Positions 1 to 13,769 of a DNA stretch of 64,000 nt are shown here, piece by piece. Source of the stretch: Candidatus Aminicenantes bacterium (GTDB lineage Bacteria > Acidobacteriota > Aminicenantia > Aminicenantales > UBA8522); contig JBBILQ010000005.1 of NCBI GenBank assembly GCA_037444845.1, forward strand, positions 6,185 through 70,184, read 5' to 3'. Within the stretch, counting starts at the first letter, position 1; each line of letters opens with the position of its first letter. The notes under the pieces were generated by a model. It saw nothing but the letters and a program-made list of their open reading frames with translations, did no database searches and had not been told where the DNA came from. Position numbers and translations under genes: made by a program.

Positions 1-762
1 CCGGTCGGAGTCACCAACTGCCTGAATTTTGGGAACCCTGAAAAGGCGGATGTCATGTGGCAGTTCAAGGAAGTAATCGAGGGCATGGCTGAAGCATGCC
101 GTGTTTTTTCTATCCCCGTTACAGGCGGGAACGTGAGCTTCTATAATGACACCAAAGGCGTATCGGTGTACCCGACTCCTGTCCTGGGTGTTATCGGCCT
201 GGTTGAGGACATCAGCCAGATGGTAAGCCCCGGGTTCAAAAGTGAAGGCGACATCGTCGTCCTTATAGGGGAGACGAAAGAAGAACTGGGAGGTTCCGAA
301 TACCTCAGGTCAGTTTTCAACCTGGAAAGAGGAAAACCACCGGCCATCGACCTCGAGAAAGAAAAGCGGGTTCATGAGATGTGTCTTGAGGCGATCTCTC
401 GGGGCCTTATCAGGTCTGCCCATGACATCTCCGAAGGCGGGCTGGCAGTCTGCGCCGCGGAAAGCTGTTTCTTGAGTCCCGCAAAAATTGGCTGCATCCT
501 TGACCTGGAAAGCTCTCTCCGGGCGGATGCGCTTCTCTTCGGCGAGACCCAATCGCGGATCATCGTCAGTCTCCCGAGCTCAATCCTTGCTTCGTTTCTG
601 GCGCTTGCCAAAGAGAACGGGGTTGAGGCCGCCCCGATAGGCACGTGCGGAGGCAGAAGATTTATCATTCGCTATGCTGGCCGAAAGGTCATTAACCTGC
701 CCGTAGAAGCTTGCTGGAGGATGTGGAAGGAAGCTATCCCCCGCCTGTTCTCTCTTCCTTAA
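1..762 (+). CDS. purL: Phosphoribosylformylglycinamidine synthase II (PurL), 3' part; 5' end lies outside the window
   Basis: Frame 1 is open from nt 1. The translation NCLNFGNPEKADVMWQFKEV...VTGGNVSFYN carries the PurL FGAM-synthase motifs. Stop at 760-762. Confidence 0.85.
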   Translation, partial: PVGVTNCLNFGNPEKADVMWQFKEVIEGMAEACRVFSIPVTGGNVSFYNDTKGVSVYPTPVLGVIGLVEDISQMVSPGFKSEGDIVVLIGETKEELGGSEYLRSVFNLERGKPPAIDLEKEKRVHEMCLEAISRGLIRSAHDISEGGLAVCAAESCFLSPAKIGCILDLESSLRADALLFGETQSRIIVSLPSSILASFLALAKENGVEAAPIGTCGGRRFIIRYAGRKVINLPVEACWRMWKEAIPRLFSLP

Positions 763-826
763 GGTTGACGAGCGGCTCCCCCTCCAAGTTGACTCTGCCC
801 GCGCTGACCGGAAAAAAGCAAAGATG

Positions 827-854
827 TTGATTTCAACGGCTGTTCGGCTAAAAT
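827..854 (+). promoter_or_regulatory. Putative sigma70 promoter for purN: TTGATT, 16 bp spacer, TAAAAT
   Basis: TTGATT at 827-832 and TAAAAT at 849-854, about 55 nt upstream of the purN ATG. An AGGAGAG ribosome-binding site sits at 893-899. Confidence 0.35.
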
Positions 855-908
855 AGGGAGGCAGTCAAAATTCTGAAGCCCGGAAGACCAGAAAGGAGAG
901 TCTAAAGC

Positions 909-1553
909 ATGGCCGAAGAAACTTTTATCAGCCCCAAAAAAAGAGGGAGGATTGCTGTTTTTTTGTCAGGCCGTGGATCCAATTTCAGGGCCATTCATGA
1001 CGCCATCCTGACGGGCGGGATCAACGCCGATATCGCTCTTGTCTTCAGCAATGTCGAGGATGCGCCCGGGCTTCAAACAGCTCGGGAACGCGGCCTTGAA
1101 ACTCTTCACCTCAACCCCAAGCTCTATTCCAGCCGTGAAGAGTACGACAAGGAAGCCGTCAAAGAAGCGAGGAAAAGAGCGATCGACTTGATCTGCCTGG
1201 CCGGCTACATGAGAATTCTGACTCCGTATTTCTGCCGTGAGTTCAGGCACCGGATCATGAACATCCATCCAGCCCTCCTCCCCTCTTTTCCCGGACTCCA
1301 CGTCCAGAAAAAGGCCATAGACTGGGGGGTGCGGTACTCCGGAGCCACAGTCCATTTTGTCGCCGAAGAGGTTGACATGGGGCCGATCATCATCCAGGCC
1401 GTCGTTCCTGTTCTGCAGGATGACACCGAAGAAACACTCAGCGCCAGGATCCTCAAAGAAGAGCACAAAATCTACCCTGAGGCCGTCCGCCTTTTCTTTG
1501 AAGGAAGGCTGGAAGTGCGCGGCCGGAGGGTCTTCATCAGGGAAAATGATTAA
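909..1553 (+). CDS. purN: Phosphoribosylglycinamide formyltransferase
   Basis: 214 aa with the GAR transformylase fold motifs ([20 protein letters not shown]). ATG preceded by AGGAGAG. Confidence 0.9.
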   Translation: MAEETFISPKKRGRIAVFLSGRGSNFRAIHDAILTGGINADIALVFSNVEDAPGLQTARERGLETLHLNPKLYSSREEYDKEAVKEARKRAIDLICLAGYMRILTPYFCREFRHRIMNIHPALLPSFPGLHVQKKAIDWGVRYSGATVHFVAEEVDMGPIIIQAVVPVLQDDTEETLSARILKEEHKIYPEAVRLFFEGRLEVRGRRVFIREND

Positions 1554-2853
1554 ATCGGTCGACGAGCAGCTGGCCATCATCAAAAAAGGGACGGTGGAGG
1601 TCATCCAGGAAGGAGAGCTTCGAGCCAAGCTCGCCCGGTCGCTCCGACAAGGAAAGCCGCTGCGTATCAAGGTCGGGTTTGACCCGACGGCACCCGATAT
1701 CCACCTCGGACACACTGTTCTGCTGCGCAAGATGAAGCATTTCGAGGACCTCGGCCACGAGGTCATCTTCCTCGTCGGTGACTTCACCGGGCTTATCGGA
1801 GACCCGTCCGGCAGGTCGGCCACCCGTCCGGCCATGAGCCGGGAGGAGATCGACAGGAATGCTGAGACGTATAAGGCTCAGATTTTCAAGATACTCGACC
1901 AAGAAAAAACAATCATCGATTTCAATTCCCGCTGGCTGAGCCGACTCACCAGCTTCGACCTCATTAACCTCACGTCCAAGTACACAGTCGCCCGGGTTCT
2001 CGAGCGGGACGATTTTTCCGATCGCCTCAAGAAGGGCCTGCCCATCTCTGTCCACGAGATCCTCTACCCGCTCATGCAGGCATACGACTCTGTTGCCCTG
2101 CGGGCGGACGTGGAGCTCGGCGGGACAGACCAGAAGTTTAACCTGCTCGTTGGCCGCGAGATCCAGCGCGAGTTCAACCAGGAGCCCCAGGTCGTCATCA
2201 CCGAGCCTTTGCTGGAAGGCCTGGACGGCGTCGAGAAAATGAGCAAGACTCTGGGCAACTTTGTCGGCATCACCGAACCGCCCAAAGAAATCTACGGCAA
2301 GATCATGTCCATCTCGGATGGGTTGATGTACAGATACTTTGAGCTCCTCACAGACGTGCCCATGGCCCAGGTTGAGGCCTGGAAAAAGGAAGCTGCTGCC
2401 GGCCAGATCAACCCCCGCGACCTCAAGGCCCGGCTGGCGGGGATGATCGTCGCCGATTTCTGGGGCAGGGCAAGCGCTGAAAAAGCCGCTGTGGAATTCG
2501 ACCGGGTTCACAAGCACAAGGAGATCCCCGCCGATGTGGACGAGAACACGATCGACGTGTCAATCGCCGAAGCGGCCAGCGAGAAAGCCAGCGCCTCAAA
2601 GAAACGCTCGCGGAGCCAGCACGAAGAGGCTCCGCTTAAATCTACTTTATCTATAGAATTAATAGATTTACTAGTGAATAGAAAGATTTTTCCATCCCGC
2701 GGGGAGGCCAAACGGGTTATCCGCCAAGGGGGGCTCACTCTCGACGGCAGCCGCGTCGCGGACATCGACTTCCGGCTGAGCCTGGCCGAAAAGCGCGATC
2801 ACATCCTGAAGGTAGGCAAGAGAAAATTCTACAAGATCAGGGTTCGAGACTGA
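1546..2853 (+). CDS. tyrS: Tyrosyl-tRNA synthetase with C-terminal S4 domain
   Basis: Class I HIGH (HLGH) and KMSKS (KMSKT) motifs, then an S4-like C-terminus. The true start is the internal ATG at 1546 (MIKSVDEQ), overlapping the purN stop by 8 nt. The upstream part of ORF 1357..2853 is purN read in another frame. Confidence 0.9.
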   Translation: MIKSVDEQLAIIKKGTVEVIQEGELRAKLARSLRQGKPLRIKVGFDPTAPDIHLGHTVLLRKMKHFEDLGHEVIFLVGDFTGLIGDPSGRSATRPAMSREEIDRNAETYKAQIFKILDQEKTIIDFNSRWLSRLTSFDLINLTSKYTVARVLERDDFSDRLKKGLPISVHEILYPLMQAYDSVALRADVELGGTDQKFNLLVGREIQREFNQEPQVVITEPLLEGLDGVEKMSKTLGNFVGITEPPKEIYGKIMSISDGLMYRYFELLTDVPMAQVEAWKKEAAAGQINPRDLKARLAGMIVADFWGRASAEKAAVEFDRVHKHKEIPADVDENTIDVSIAEAASEKASASKKRSRSQHEEAPLKSTLSIELIDLLVNRKIFPSRGEAKRVIRQGGLTLDGSRVADIDFRLSLAEKRDHILKVGKRKFYKIRVRD

Positions 2854-2887
2854 TATTACCCGCGGTCCTTAACGGCCTCATTCCAAG

Positions 2888-2908
2888 CAGAAGGTCAGGC
2901 GACTTCTG
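2888..2908. terminator. Weak hairpin between convergent tyrS and the thyX-like gene
   Basis: CAGAAG / CTTCTG stem with a 9-nt loop. There is no clear U-run. Confidence 0.25.
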
Positions 2909-2917
2909 GACTGATCG

Positions 2918-4423
2918 TTACTTCAGGAAGTCTGGAGGGAAGGTTTTCGGGTCTCTGCCGAAAACCTTTTTATAAACCCGAGGAAAGCGGTCTTTCCCGC
3001 CCAGGAGCATCAGGCTCGAGGGCATCACTTCCCGGGCAACGTCCGCCATTTTCCCGACAATCCTCCGGATGTCCCACTGCGCCGTCGCGTCCTGGCGCAG
3101 CCGGGAAATGTGGTAGAGCTCTCGGATGTTAACCTTGAGGATCGCCCGCCGTCTGTGGGCATTGGTCAGGACATAATCGGCAGCCTCTCCGGCCTCCCTT
3201 TTCAACCGGGCATACGCATCGTTCGTTTGCTCGATGACGGCCAGGAATTCCCCGGCTGCGCCGATGTCCTCGACAGAAGGGGGAATCGTCACGCCGAGCT
3301 CGGGGTCATACCTCTGCCTTGTCAGGGTGGCCATGCGGTGGCGCTTGAGCTGGGCAAAACAGGCAGCGGAAACGATCAGCTCAAAAGTCAGGTCCGCGTG
3401 CTCGAACTCCCGCAACGGAAAATCATAAAACTCCATGTGCTCGAGAGAAGATCTGATGAACTCGCTTTTCTCCGCCTGAGACATGTCGCGGACTTGACCA
3501 TGGCAAAACTCATAAGAACGGGCAGATACGGTGTGGATGAGCGCGGCCAGGATGCGGTCATCGCCGTCGGCCGTGTAACCGACGAGGCGGACAGCCCGGC
3601 GGTCGTCAGCCGGCCGGCGAAGGCCTTCCTGCTCAGGCTGGGGGAGCCTCTTGGCTCGCTCTTCCAGGCCGGCGCAAGTCTTTGAGTCAAAGTCGCCGGG
3701 CTCTGTGAAAAGAATGATCGACGGCGCCACCTCTTTGGCCAGGGCATAGATTTTTGCGTTAAGCTCTCGAAGCTCGGCCAGCTTTTTGGCGGCGAAGCGC
3801 CGGATGAGGAGCTCAAGATTACGGGCGTTGATGGTCATGCCCGCCTGTCCCTTTGTAGCCAGGCTGACGGCATACCGGGCATCCTCCTTGGCCCAACCAT
3901 CGAGGACGGGGTGATTCTTTGTATTCTGGGCAATATCCCTGTGCTTATTAAAAACATAAGGCTTGAGCTTCTTGTAAAGGCTTTCGTAAAGAGCGTTTTG
4001 GGCCCTGACCATCCGAACAAAAACTTCCTCCAGGCCGCTCTGCCTGATCTCCTCCGGGATGACAAAATCATCTCCCAAAGTGATGTAGCGTTGGGACTTT
4101 TCAGTGAAGGAGCAGAGCCGGAACTTTTCCACCTCCTCGAGCGCCAGACGGCTGAGGCCGATGAGGTCGAAGTTAAAGACAGCGTGCTCGGCGACCGAGT
4201 GATGGCCCATCTTAAATATGATGGTCTGGTTGGACCGCCTGGCCTTCTCCACCTCCTGGCGGGCTGCGGCCCTGAGCTCATCGATGGGCCGGGGGTCCCG
4301 GGAAATGCGGGCGTAGGCGGCAGAAAGCGTCTCTGGCGTCACATCGTCCCGGGGCGGAGCATGCCGCTTGAGGTCGGCGATGACTTCGCTGTCGATATTG
4401 TATCCGGCGAGGATTACTCTCAC
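2918..4423 (-). CDS. Tandem two-domain flavin-dependent thymidylate synthase (ThyX/Thy1)-like protein
   Basis: 501 aa, roughly two 250-aa halves, each with an EHxxF(T/N)F block. The N-terminal half has EKSQRY but its RHR is replaced by FRL. The C-terminal half keeps RHR (LKRHRMATLTRQRY) but the serine position is Thr. GTG start. Confidence 0.7.
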   Translation of the reverse strand: MRVILAGYNIDSEVIADLKRHAPPRDDVTPETLSAAYARISRDPRPIDELRAAARQEVEKARRSNQTIIFKMGHHSVAEHAVFNFDLIGLSRLALEEVEKFRLCSFTEKSQRYITLGDDFVIPEEIRQSGLEEVFVRMVRAQNALYESLYKKLKPYVFNKHRDIAQNTKNHPVLDGWAKEDARYAVSLATKGQAGMTINARNLELLIRRFAAKKLAELRELNAKIYALAKEVAPSIILFTEPGDFDSKTCAGLEERAKRLPQPEQEGLRRPADDRRAVRLVGYTADGDDRILAALIHTVSARSYEFCHGQVRDMSQAEKSEFIRSSLEHMEFYDFPLREFEHADLTFELIVSAACFAQLKRHRMATLTRQRYDPELGVTIPPSVEDIGAAGEFLAVIEQTNDAYARLKREAGEAADYVLTNAHRRRAILKVNIRELYHISRLRQDATAQWDIRRIVGKMADVAREVMPSSLMLLGGKDRFPRVYKKVFGRDPKTFPPDFLK

Positions 4424-4542
4424 GGCTTTTTACGATAAGAGCAGGAAAAGAAAATGTCAACTCACCGCCCCTAACTCGCTTATCCTCTCTCATTGATGAA
4501 TTTCTTGAAGTCATGTATTGTGGTTGGTGAAAGGAGCGAGAC

Positions 4543-5031
4543 ATGGTTAGCCTTGCCAGAGAGCCTGTGAGGAGACTTTTGGGCTACGCCGTTCGGGCCG
4601 AGATTGATTCCAGGAGGATTTACATGCAGTTAGCCAAACGAGTCAAGAATCCCCTCCTCAAGGAGAAGTTCCTAGTCCTGGCCTTCGAGGAAAAAAAGCA
4701 CAAGAAAGTCCTGGAAAACTTATTCGAGAGTCTTTATCGCGGAGAAAAGCTCCAGGTTCCTGAGAGCGTGTCTCCAAAGCTCCTCCCCGTTGTTCATCTC
4801 AAGCGCTCTTCTTCTCTTGTCGATATCCTCTACCAGGCCATGCAGGCGGAAAAGTCGGCCCAGGATTTTTATGCCGGCTTAGCCCGCAAGATCAGACCTC
4901 CCCAGAAGAAAATTCTCGAGTACTTGAGCCAGGTGGAAAGAAGCCACCACTTCATGCTCCGGAGCGAATACGCCATGGCTCAGCAGTTTGAGGATTATGG
5001 GGAGAGCGACATCGACAAGGTAGTTACCTGA
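4543..5031 (+). CDS. Ferritin-like diiron protein (rubrerythrin/erythrin family, no rubredoxin domain)
   Basis: 162 aa with two E...ExxH pairs (EEKKHKKVLE, VERSHHFMLRSE). AAGGAG ribosome-binding site 7 nt before the ATG. Confidence 0.65.
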   Translation: MVSLAREPVRRLLGYAVRAEIDSRRIYMQLAKRVKNPLLKEKFLVLAFEEKKHKKVLENLFESLYRGEKLQVPESVSPKLLPVVHLKRSSSLVDILYQAMQAEKSAQDFYAGLARKIRPPQKKILEYLSQVERSHHFMLRSEYAMAQQFEDYGESDIDKVVT

Positions 5032-5061
5032 CGCATCGGGACAGCGACGGGGACTTCCCTC

Positions 5062-8956
<3,895 letters not shown>

Positions 8957-8967
<11 letters not shown>

Positions 8968-9826
8968 TTTCTCTTTCCTTCGGACGAAAATGGGCTTTGC
9001 CAGGGCTTTCGCCCTGAATTTTTCGGTAAACATGATGGACCTGGGAAAGACACTCAAAAAGCCCTTCTTCTTTCGGGGCTTCGGCTGTTCCCAGGACTAA
9101 AATCCCCAGGTTTTTCAGGGAAGAATGGAGCTTCCGGAACATCTTGCTTTGCCCGTCGGCCGTGAAAAAAATGAGCATGTTCCGGCAGGAAATCAGGTCG
9201 AACTTCCCAGGGGAGGCTTCCCGGATAAAGTCATGCTGTTTGAACCTAACCATTTTTCTAATTCGATCGATTATTCGAAAACGATCGCTGTTTAATTTCT
9301 TGCAAAATTCATGTTTGCATTTTGGCGGAATATTTTTCATTTCAGCTCGCCTGTACAAAGCCTTCTTGGCCAAAGCAAGGCTCTTTGTGCTAACATCCGT
9401 GGCCAGGATGGATATCTTCAGTCTCTTCTTTTTCTTTCGCCTGACAAGATCCAGGCTCATGGCCAGGGAATAGGCTTCCTGCCCCTGGGAACAGCCAACC
9501 GACCAGATGGCAAGCTGGCCTTTCCTTTTGGCCAAAACGTTGTCGATCAAACTGGGGAAGACTTCTTTCTCCAAGTAAGAAAAGACGGCCCGATCTCTGA
9601 AGAAATCTGTCACCATGATGAAAAGCGCGTCTAAGAATCTGTAGCTTTCCAAAGGGTTATTTTGGAGATAGGCGATATAGTCGGAGTAACTTTTGGAATT
9701 GGTCGCACTTAGCCTCAGCTCCAAGCGCCTTTTGAGTGTTGTCGGACGGTATTCATGAGCGCTAAAGCCTGTGATGGCCGCAATTTCAGCCAACACTCTG
9801 TCAAATGTCGTCTCAGTTTGAGACAT
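8957..9826 (-). CDS. cheR: Chemotaxis protein methyltransferase CheR
   Basis: 289 aa with the CheR N-terminal helical domain and the SAM-dependent methyltransferase fold (LAIWSVGCSQGQEAYSLAM). ATG with an AGGGGA ribosome-binding site. Confidence 0.85.
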
Positions 9827-9984
9827 CGGCAGTCCCCTGTCGTTGTGTCCGGGACACTATTTTCCTGGAATGGGGAAAATAAGTCTATCGCCCCTAAGGA
9901 TGATTCCTGGGGTGATTATGGCCTCTCATGGCCGCTCTTAGAGAGGAGCCGAAATAGCCGTTAGCGGTTGGAAATCGTCTTCTC

Positions 9985-11406
9985 TTAGCCCTTCATCACG
10001 CCGACGGGAACGACCCGGGCCACCAGACGGCCAATACCGACCTCATGGGAGACCCTGACAACCTCATCCACATCTTTGTACGCGGCTGAGGCCTCCTCAG
10101 CCACTCCCTTCCAGCTCGTTGACTGAAGCTCGATCCCTTTTTTCTGGAGCTCGTCCCTGATCTGCTCGCCGCGAAAACGGCGGAGGGCCTCATGCCGGCT
10201 CATCACCCTTCCAGCGCCGTGGGCCGTCGAACTGAAACTCAGGTCTTCTGCTTCTCTGGTTCCGACCAAAAGATAAGACGCTGTGCCCATGCTTCCAGGG
10301 ATAATAACAGGCTGGCCGTAAGCCCGGTAGGCCTCGGGGATCTCTGGCCGGCCCGGACCGAAGCTGCGCGTCGCGCCTTTCCTGTGAACGCAGACCTCTC
10401 GCTCTTGACCGTTGATCACGTGCTTTTCGACCTTGGCCACGTTGTGGCAAACATCGTAGACCTGTCTCATGCCCTTGGAGCTCCCCATGACCTTGGCAAA
10501 TACGTCCCGCACCCAGTGGGCGATCATCTGCCGATTTGTGAAAGCATAGTTAACCGCTCCGCACATCGATTTGTAGTACTGCTCTCCGAGCGGCGAGCGG
10601 ATGGGCGCGTTGATGAGCTCACGGTCCGGAAGCCCTTTGATCCCGAAGACATTTTCCATTTTCTCGATGTAATCGGAAGCCACCTGGTGTCCCAGCCCGC
10701 GACTCCCGCAATGGATCATCACGAGGATCTGACCTTCGGCTTCGATCCCAAAGGCCTTGGCGATCGCTTCGTCATAGATGTGCGCAACTTTCTGAATCTC
10801 AAGAAAATGATTGCCCGCTCCCAGCGTTCCCAGTTGGGGAACTCCCCTCTCCAGGGCACGCTCGGAGATGTGGCTGGGGTCAGCGTCTTTCATCCGTCCG
10901 CCCTCTTCAGTCATCAGCAGGTCTTCTCTCTCTCCGTAGCCGTTCTCCACGGCCCATTCCGCGCCTTTAATCAGGATTTCCTTCAAGACGCTCCGGCTGA
11001 GTTTCGTGATCCCGCCTTTCCCCACGCCGGCGGGAACTTCCTTGAAGATCTCGGTGAGCAGCTCTTTCCGCCTGTCAGCAACGTCTTTTTCGGTGTAATC
11101 CGTCCGCAGCAGCCTGACCCCGCAGTTGATGTCATAACCGACTCCTCCAGGCGAAATGATCCCTCTGTCCATGTCGAAAGCGGCCACGCCGCCGATCGGA
11201 AACCCGTAGCCCTGATGGGCGTCGGGCATGACATAGGACATCCGCTCAATCCCCGGCAGGCAGGCCACGTTTCTTGCCTGCTGAAGAGTCATGTCCCTCT
11301 TGACGCTCTCGAGGAGTTTAGCCGAAGCAAAGAGGACCGCGGGCACTCTCATATCGCCACGCTTGGGGATTTCCCAGACGAATTCATTTATTTGACGAAT
11401 CTCCAT
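9985..11406 (-). CDS. rtcB: RNA-splicing ligase RtcB
   Basis: 473 aa carrying the signature MPDAHQGYGFPIGGV, GYDINCG and AHGAGR motifs. GAGGTGAG ribosome-binding site. Confidence 0.9.
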   Translation of the reverse strand: MEIRQINEFVWEIPKRGDMRVPAVLFASAKLLESVKRDMTLQQARNVACLPGIERMSYVMPDAHQGYGFPIGGVAAFDMDRGIISPGGVGYDINCGVRLLRTDYTEKDVADRRKELLTEIFKEVPAGVGKGGITKLSRSVLKEILIKGAEWAVENGYGEREDLLMTEEGGRMKDADPSHISERALERGVPQLGTLGAGNHFLEIQKVAHIYDEAIAKAFGIEAEGQILVMIHCGSRGLGHQVASDYIEKMENVFGIKGLPDRELINAPIRSPLGEQYYKSMCGAVNYAFTNRQMIAHWVRDVFAKVMGSSKGMRQVYDVCHNVAKVEKHVINGQEREVCVHRKGATRSFGPGRPEIPEAYRAYGQPVIIPGSMGTASYLLVGTREAEDLSFSSTAHGAGRVMSRHEALRRFRGEQIRDELQKKGIELQSTSWKGVAEEASAAYKDVDEVVRVSHEVGIGRLVARVVPVGVMKG

Positions 11407-11415
11407 GGTCTCACC

Positions 11416-11844
11416 TCACATATCGACGACCACCTGGACGGTGACAGAGTCGGCTTGTTCAATTTTCATCTCGTTGTAGGTGACCGCCTTGACCTCGCCA
11501 TGAAGCCTGTGCTTGGACGGCTCGTCGTCGCCGACAAAGACCGCCCTGAGCCAGAAGCCACCTCCAGTTCCGGCCTTGATTCTCATCTCCTCCACAGAGG
11601 CCAGGAGAAACGACTGGGTCTCGAAAGCGTAAATGACCTCCTCCAAAAAGTGCAGGAGTAGCTGCTCGAGGTCTCGCCCCTCCACACAAACGCGGCGCTT
11701 GACCGTCCTGGCCACCGCACCCACGTCCCACATCAGGGAAGCTGTGGCCAGGGCAGCGTTCGAAAAAGCCTCTTCAAGCGTGCGGCCGAAAGCCTGGAAC
11801 TTGGCATCAGCCGTGTGGTTGAGAAAGCGATACTTTTTTTCCAT
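11416..11844 (-). CDS. Archease (RtcB activator)
   Basis: The internal ATG at 11844 gives MEKKYRFLNHTADAKFQAFG, the archease N-terminal signature, about 142 aa. It lies immediately upstream of rtcB. Confidence 0.8.
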   Translation of the reverse strand: MEKKYRFLNHTADAKFQAFGRTLEEAFSNAALATASLMWDVGAVARTVKRRVCVEGRDLEQLLLHFLEEVIYAFETQSFLLASVEEMRIKAGTGGGFWLRAVFVGDDEPSKHRLHGEVKAVTYNEMKIEQADSVTVQVVVDM

Positions 11845-12006
11845 TGAGCTCCAGCTCCAAAAAATTATCAAAGAGCCTCGAGGCTCGTTTTCCTTCGACT
11901 TGACTATTATTTTACCATGATAAAACCGGTACGCCAAATCAGCCGGGAGGCTGGATTTGACTTCCTTTTTAACCTGCATTAGCATAAGCGGCTTAAGCAC
12001 CGAGCC

Positions 12007-12438
12007 GTGGACCAAAGCAGCCAGCCATCTTCCCTTGTCTTCAACCTATCCAGGTCGAGTGCTTTCTCTTTCAAATGCCAGGTCTGTGGCGCTTGCTGCC
12101 ACAACAAAGCCATCCTGATCGACCCCTGCGAAGCCCTCCGCCTCGCTCGAAACTTCGGCTTGACGACAACAGAATTCTTACACGTCTATGTCGAAAAAGG
12201 AGGCCAGGTTCTTCGCCTCAAACCCGACGGAAGCTGTGTGTTCCTCAAGCCGGAAGGATGCGGCGTCCACGACGACCGGCCTCTTGTCTGCCGCCTCTTC
12301 CCTCTCGGCCAGATTATCGATAGAAATGGCCAGGAGCGTTTTGCTGTGATGCCGCTTCACCCGGATTGTCTCGGGCTTCTCGGCGAAGAGGGTACAGTCG
12401 ATACGTACCTGGAGTCACAAGGGATCGACTTCTATTGA
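12007..12438 (+). CDS. YkgJ-family Cys-cluster protein (putative Fe-S or Zn binding)
   Basis: CxxCxxCC motif (KCQVCGACC) plus downstream Cys residues. GTG start; the start site is uncertain. Confidence 0.55.
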   Translation: MDQSSQPSSLVFNLSRSSAFSFKCQVCGACCHNKAILIDPCEALRLARNFGLTTTEFLHVYVEKGGQVLRLKPDGSCVFLKPEGCGVHDDRPLVCRLFPLGQIIDRNGQERFAVMPLHPDCLGLLGEEGTVDTYLESQGIDFY

Positions 12439-12706
12439 TCAGCTTTCGCCCAGTTCCAGGCGCGTGATTCTCTGAGCGGCGCGCGCGATGGAGAGGAAAA
12501 ACAGAAAACCCGCTTTTTGCCAACAACGGTTTCCTTGCCCGGGCTCAATTTCAGAACCGACTGGCCGGCATACTCGACCATCTTGTAGGCCATGTCGAGG
12601 TGGGGGGGCAATGGGGTCTCGTCCTTTTCGAGCCGCTTAACGCGTTCATCCTTGGCCTCAACAAAGTGCTTTTTCCGGGTTTGTCCAGGAAAGCCCGACC
12701 GCGCAG

Positions 12707-13717
12707 CTAAAACACTCCGGCAATGGAGGTGCCGCAGTCAGGGCATTTTCCGTCCTTGATGGCGTTTTTTTCAACATAAAAACCACTCCGGCGCAGGATT
12801 GGCATCTGGCATTTCGGGCAGAGCGTGTCCTCGGACTCTCCCCAAACATTGCCGATGTACACGTACTTGAGTCCTGCTCCCTTTCCCAAAGAAAAAGCCT
12901 TCTTTAGAGTCGCGATGGGCGTGGCCCGGGCGTCTGTGTATTTGTAATCAGGATGAAATCGGCTGATGTGCCAGGGGATGTCAGGGCTGACTGAGGCGAT
13001 AAACCGAGCGATGTCCCGCAGCTCGTCGTCGCCGTCGTTCATCCCCGGGACAACGAGCGTTGTCACTTCAACCCAGATCCCTAACTTCCTCATCAAGCGG
13101 ATCGACTCAAGGACCGGTTCAAGCCTGGCTCCGCAAACTTTTTTATAGGTTTCGTCGCGAAACGCTTTAAGGTCAACGTTGGCGGCATCGAGAAAAGGCT
13201 TTATTGTCTCCAGCGCCTCAGCGGTCATATACCCGTTGGTGACAAAAACGTTGGCCAGTCCTGCCGTCCGGCCGAGCCTGGCGGCGTCATAGGCGTACTC
13301 GAAAAAAATCGTCGGCTCAGTGTACGTATAAGAGATGCTCCGGCAGCCGCTGTCCCTGGCCCGCTGGACGACCTCCTCTGGCGAGAGCTTGTATCCTTCC
13401 CGGAATTCCCTGTCTTTTTTTGTCACCTGAGAAATTTGCCAGTTCTGGCAAAAAGGGCAGCGAAAATTGCAGCCCACGGTGGCGATGGAAAAAGAGGTCG
13501 AGCAGGGCAAAAAATGATAGAGGGGTTTTTTTTCGATTGGGTCGGTGTGTGCGGCGATAACTTCGCCGTAGACATGGGTAACAAGCTTCTGGTCTCTGTT
13601 TTCGCGCACCCCGCAAACGCCGAACTTTCCCAGGTCGACCTGACAGCGGTGGGCGCAGAGCGCGCACTCCACTCTCCCCTCGTCAAGGGGACGGTAGAGC
13701 ATGGCCTCTTTTTTCAT
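12707..13717 (-). CDS. amrS: AmmeMemoRadiSam-system radical SAM enzyme (AmrS-like)
   Basis: N-terminal CxxCxxxC (CALCAHRC), DPIEKKPL, and the radical SAM CNFRCPFCQNW motif. The start is the internal ATG at 13717 (MKKEAMLYRPLDEG). Confidence 0.7.
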   Translation of the reverse strand: MKKEAMLYRPLDEGRVECALCAHRCQVDLGKFGVCGVRENRDQKLVTHVYGEVIAAHTDPIEKKPLYHFLPCSTSFSIATVGCNFRCPFCQNWQISQVTKKDREFREGYKLSPEEVVQRARDSGCRSISYTYTEPTIFFEYAYDAARLGRTAGLANVFVTNGYMTAEALETIKPFLDAANVDLKAFRDETYKKVCGARLEPVLESIRLMRKLGIWVEVTTLVVPGMNDGDDELRDIARFIASVSPDIPWHISRFHPDYKYTDARATPIATLKKAFSLGKGAGLKYVYIGNVWGESEDTLCPKCQMPILRRSGFYVEKNAIKDGKCPDCGTSIAGVF

Positions 13718-13769
13718 CTCTGGCCTTCCTCTTCTCAGCCGGGCACCGCCCTGCCGATTCTTTTCAGGC

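Noticed and set aside
1357-1545. N-terminal 63-aa extension of the tyrS ORF ([13 protein letters not shown]...), which could suggest a purN-tyrS fusion
   Set aside because: It is purN read in another frame. tyrS starts at the ATG at 1546 (MIKSVDEQ), overlapping the purN stop.
966-1835. Long antisense or shadow ORFs, for example 966..1835 (-), 1537..2517 (-), 7714..8892 (+), 10192..11661 (+), 14467..15324 (+), 16828..17541 (+), 19643..20275 (+), 33855..34379 (-), 34688..35692 (-), 41695..42360 (-), 53922..55016 (+), 57013..57819 (+)
   Set aside because: They lie opposite well-supported genes, have low-complexity Arg/Pro/Ser/Gly-rich translations typical of high-GC shadow frames, and lack ribosome-binding sites.
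12440-12660. Possible small ORF in the amrS/ykgJ convergent gap
   Set aside because: The hand translation was inconsistent with the ORF track; there is no ribosome-binding site or homology.
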